From positions 606,164 through 638,163 of the forward strand of contig NZ_LT606950.1 in assembly GCF_900095195.1 (NCBI RefSeq): 32,000 nucleotides of DNA, given 5' to 3'. The DNA is from Polynucleobacter necessarius. Its GTDB lineage: Bacteria > Pseudomonadota > Gammaproteobacteria > Burkholderiales > Burkholderiaceae. The position numbers and the translations under genes were made by a program. The number at the start of each line of letters is the position of its first letter. The stretch's first letter is position 1. Positions 29,891-32,000 of the stretch are shown one piece after another. The notes beneath the pieces are model-generated. The model saw only the letters and a list, made by a program, of their open reading frames with translations, was not told the origin of the DNA and made no database searches.

Positions 29891-30545
29891 TGCTGATCCG
29901 AAGCGTCTTGCGGCATTGGCTGCATTTATGCGCTACCGCTACCTTGAGCATATCAAGATGATTGATGGTCAGTTGGCCGGACACGAGATGGTGATTGCCA
30001 AGAAATTTGTTGTGGTAACTGGCAAGAAAACCGGTTCAATGACAGACCCCTATGAAGTACCCATTCGAGTTGAGCTTAAAGATGGTGTTTACTCCGTTTA
30101 TATCGATGAAAAAGAAGGTGTTAGTCGGTATGACATCGTTAGCGATTGGCGTCCTGGCCCAATTTGCTTGCATGCAACGATTAACGGCACTCATAAGATC
30201 ACCGCTCAAGTGGAACGCAAGGGCGTCAAGTTCTACTTAGAATTGGATGGCGCACATTTTGTGTATATGGTGCTTAGCCCCTTAGGTGCAGAGCTTCAGC
30301 GCCGGATGCCAGTGAAATTACCACCAGACACGTCTAAGTTAGTAATGTCTCCGATGCCAGGCTTATTGACCAAGATTGCAGTGAAGGTTGGTGAGGCTGT
30401 GACTGCAGGTCAAGAATTGGCCTCAATTGAAGCGATGAAGATGGAAAACACGATCTCTGCTGTACAAGATGGCGTAGTTGCTGAAATCTGTGCAAAAGAG
30501 GGTGATAGCCTCGCAGTGGATCAACTCATCATTCGTTTTGAATAG
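29891..30545 (+). pseudogene. C-terminal remnant of a biotin-dependent acyl-CoA (propionyl-CoA-type) carboxylase alpha subunit
   Basis: Only the BT-like region and the biotinyl domain remain (SPMPGLLTKIAVKVGEAVTAGQELASIEAMKMENTISAVQDGVV). The ~450-aa biotin carboxylase/ATP-grasp part is absent, and there is no plausible start or promoter. Confidence 0.8.
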
Positions 30546-30559
30546 AAAGCTATCTTGAT

Positions 30560-31024
30560 ATGACTGCAAAACCATTCAAAATTTTAGGCATTCAACAAAT
30601 TGCTATTGGTGGCGAGAATAAAGAGCGTCTCAAAACGCTTTGGGCTGATATGCTCGGATTTGAATACAAAAGCACCTTTGTTTCTGAGCGTGAAAACGTC
30701 GATGAGGATATCTGTGTAATTGGCTCAGGTGCCCATGAAATTGAAGTGGACCTGATGCAACCATTTGACATCAATAAAAAGCCCGCGGTACATCAAACCC
30801 CATTAAATCACATTGGTTTGTGGGTGGATGATCTGCCAAAGGCTGTCGAATGGCTTTCTGCGAATGGTTTGCGCTTTGCCCCTGGGGGGATTCGTAAGGG
30901 TGCGGCAAGGTATGACATCACCTTTGTGCACCAAAATGGCAACGATGAGTTGCCGATTAGTGGTGAGGGTGTTTTGATAGAGCTCGTTCAAGCCCCGCCG
31001 GAAGTCATTGCAGGATTGCGGTGA
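30560..31024 (+). CDS. VOC (glyoxalase/dioxygenase) family protein, methylmalonyl-CoA epimerase-like
   Basis: Intact 154-aa [14 protein letters not shown] and [11 protein letters not shown] are VOC metal-site-type blocks. Its position directly after the carboxylase remnant suggests an epimerase role (inference). Confidence 0.65.
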   Translation: MTAKPFKILGIQQIAIGGENKERLKTLWADMLGFEYKSTFVSERENVDEDICVIGSGAHEIEVDLMQPFDINKKPAVHQTPLNHIGLWVDDLPKAVEWLSANGLRFAPGGIRKGAARYDITFVHQNGNDELPISGEGVLIELVQAPPEVIAGLR

Positions 31025-31068
31025 TAATTTGGTTTTATAGCCAAATTCATCGTTAAAGCGAGTTCCCC

Positions 31069-31803
31069 ATGCCACAACTATTGGCCATCGACACTTCATC
31101 TGCTTGGTGTTCGGTGGCTTTATCTTTAGATTACCAAGCACCAAGATGTCGACAGGAAGAGGTGTCGGCAGGTGCTAGCCAACGCTTGCTTCCATGGATC
31201 GCTGAATTACTAAAATCATCGGACATCAGCCTTTCTTCCCTAGATGCGATTGCAGTGGATATCGGCCCGGGAGCATTTACTGGGGTTCGATTGGGTATCG
31301 CCGCGGTTCAGGGTCTAGCAACTGCTGCTAATTTACGGGTACTACCAGTTACTAGTTTGGATGCGCTGGCGGCACAAGTTACCAAGAGCGATCGCTATGC
31401 CAAGAATAATCCAGCGGTTTTTGCTGTCGCTATAGATGCGCGTATGGATGAAATCTATTGGGCTAAATATCAATCATTTGGAGCAAATCAACTACCTACT
31501 CGCATTGGTGAAATACACCTCGCTAAGCCTGAGAATATGGACCTTCAAGATGTTCAGTATCTCGCAGGGAGTGCAGTCGCGGCATACGGGAGCAGACTGT
31601 TTGTAACCCGCTCATTGCCTGAAGATGCTTGTGATACTGAGATCACCATCTCTGCTCTGGGGGTGTTGGCCTGCGCTCAATCTATGTTGCGCCAAGGTCA
31701 TTCCATCTCTGTGGCTGAGCTAGAGCCACTCTATGTTCGCAATAAGGTGGCGCTGACTACTGAGGAGCGCGAGATCGCGTTTGGCAAGGGCGATACCCTA
31801 TGA
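31069..31803 (+). CDS. tsaB: tRNA t6A biosynthesis protein TsaB
   Basis: Intact 244-aa ORF with LLAIDTSSAWCSVAL and GPGAFTGVRLGIAAVQGLA, typical of YeaZ/TsaB. Confidence 0.85.
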   Translation: MPQLLAIDTSSAWCSVALSLDYQAPRCRQEEVSAGASQRLLPWIAELLKSSDISLSSLDAIAVDIGPGAFTGVRLGIAAVQGLATAANLRVLPVTSLDALAAQVTKSDRYAKNNPAVFAVAIDARMDEIYWAKYQSFGANQLPTRIGEIHLAKPENMDLQDVQYLAGSAVAAYGSRLFVTRSLPEDACDTEITISALGVLACAQSMLRQGHSISVAELEPLYVRNKVALTTEEREIAFGKGDTL

Positions 31804-32000
31804 CCACTCGGGAGTGTGAAGCGGAGTTGTCATTTATGCTCATGCAGGAATCGGATCTTGATCAGGTTTTGGCTATTGAAGACATCTCGCATATTCATCC
31901 ATGGAGTCGAGGAAATTTTTCAGATTCATTAGCTGCGGGACATTGGGCATACTGCATTTGTTCGCAATTGGATCAAACTCAATTAAAGCCTGGAAGCTTT
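31800..32000 (+). CDS. rimI: ribosomal-protein-alanine N-acetyltransferase, 5' part (runs off the window)
   Basis: The ATG overlaps the tsaB stop (ATGA). ...MQESDLDQVLAIEDISHIHPWSRGNFSDSL matches the RimI N-terminus, and tsaB-rimI synteny is conserved. Confidence 0.7.
   Translation, partial: MTTRECEAELSFMLMQESDLDQVLAIEDISHIHPWSRGNFSDSLAAGHWAYCICSQLDQTQLKPGSF

Noticed and set aside
29823-29984. The long track ORFs that extend the carboxylase remnant upstream (29823...) and the GntR ORF upstream to 29984, suggesting full-length or fused proteins.
   Set aside because: Each extension is just the reverse-strand reading of the other gene's remnant. Family homology stops at the ~29880-29900 junction.

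Overview
The window looks like a betaproteobacterial (Burkholderiales-like) chromosome segment in advanced gene decay. That placement rests on protein sequences and gene order (plsC, parE-parC, tsaB-rimI, a thiD / thiE-thiG-thiO-thiC locus). Intact housekeeping genes are plsC, a YegQ-type U32 protein, parE, parC, a RidA protein, two c-type cytochromes, a VOC/epimerase-like protein, tsaB, rimI, tRNA-Asn and tRNA-Arg. They are interleaved with about 17 genes I can only read as pseudogenes carrying frameshifts, in-frame stops and internal deletions. These are a GMC oxidoreductase, an HD-GYP phosphodiesterase, a Cache-GGDEF cyclase, an integrase, thiD, thiE, thiG, thiO, thiC, an MFS transporter, a family III CoA-transferase, XdhC-like, MocA-like, CoxE-like vWA and CoxD-like MoxR proteins, a GntR regulator and a PccA remnant. 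Four things stand out. (1) The whole de novo thiamine locus is dead and thiS is deleted, yet a TPP riboswitch and an adjacent intact Nudix gene survive. (2) Exact 16-17 bp tandem duplications recur, and two of them are demonstrably frame-breaking. (3) A ~4.6 kb AT-rich island sits in tRNA-Asn, bounded by a 49-bp direct repeat. It carries an intact gluconolactonase-gluconokinase-6PGDH module, a small HUH-motif ORF and a scrambled integrase. (4) A perfect inverted pair of DnaA boxes lies in an intergenic region. I did not find a convincing new multi-gene defence or other system. The decay pattern resembles an obligate symbiont such as Polynucleobacter necessarius, but that is an inference I cannot verify here. 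All frame reconstructions were done by hand translation, and pseudogene boundaries are approximate.
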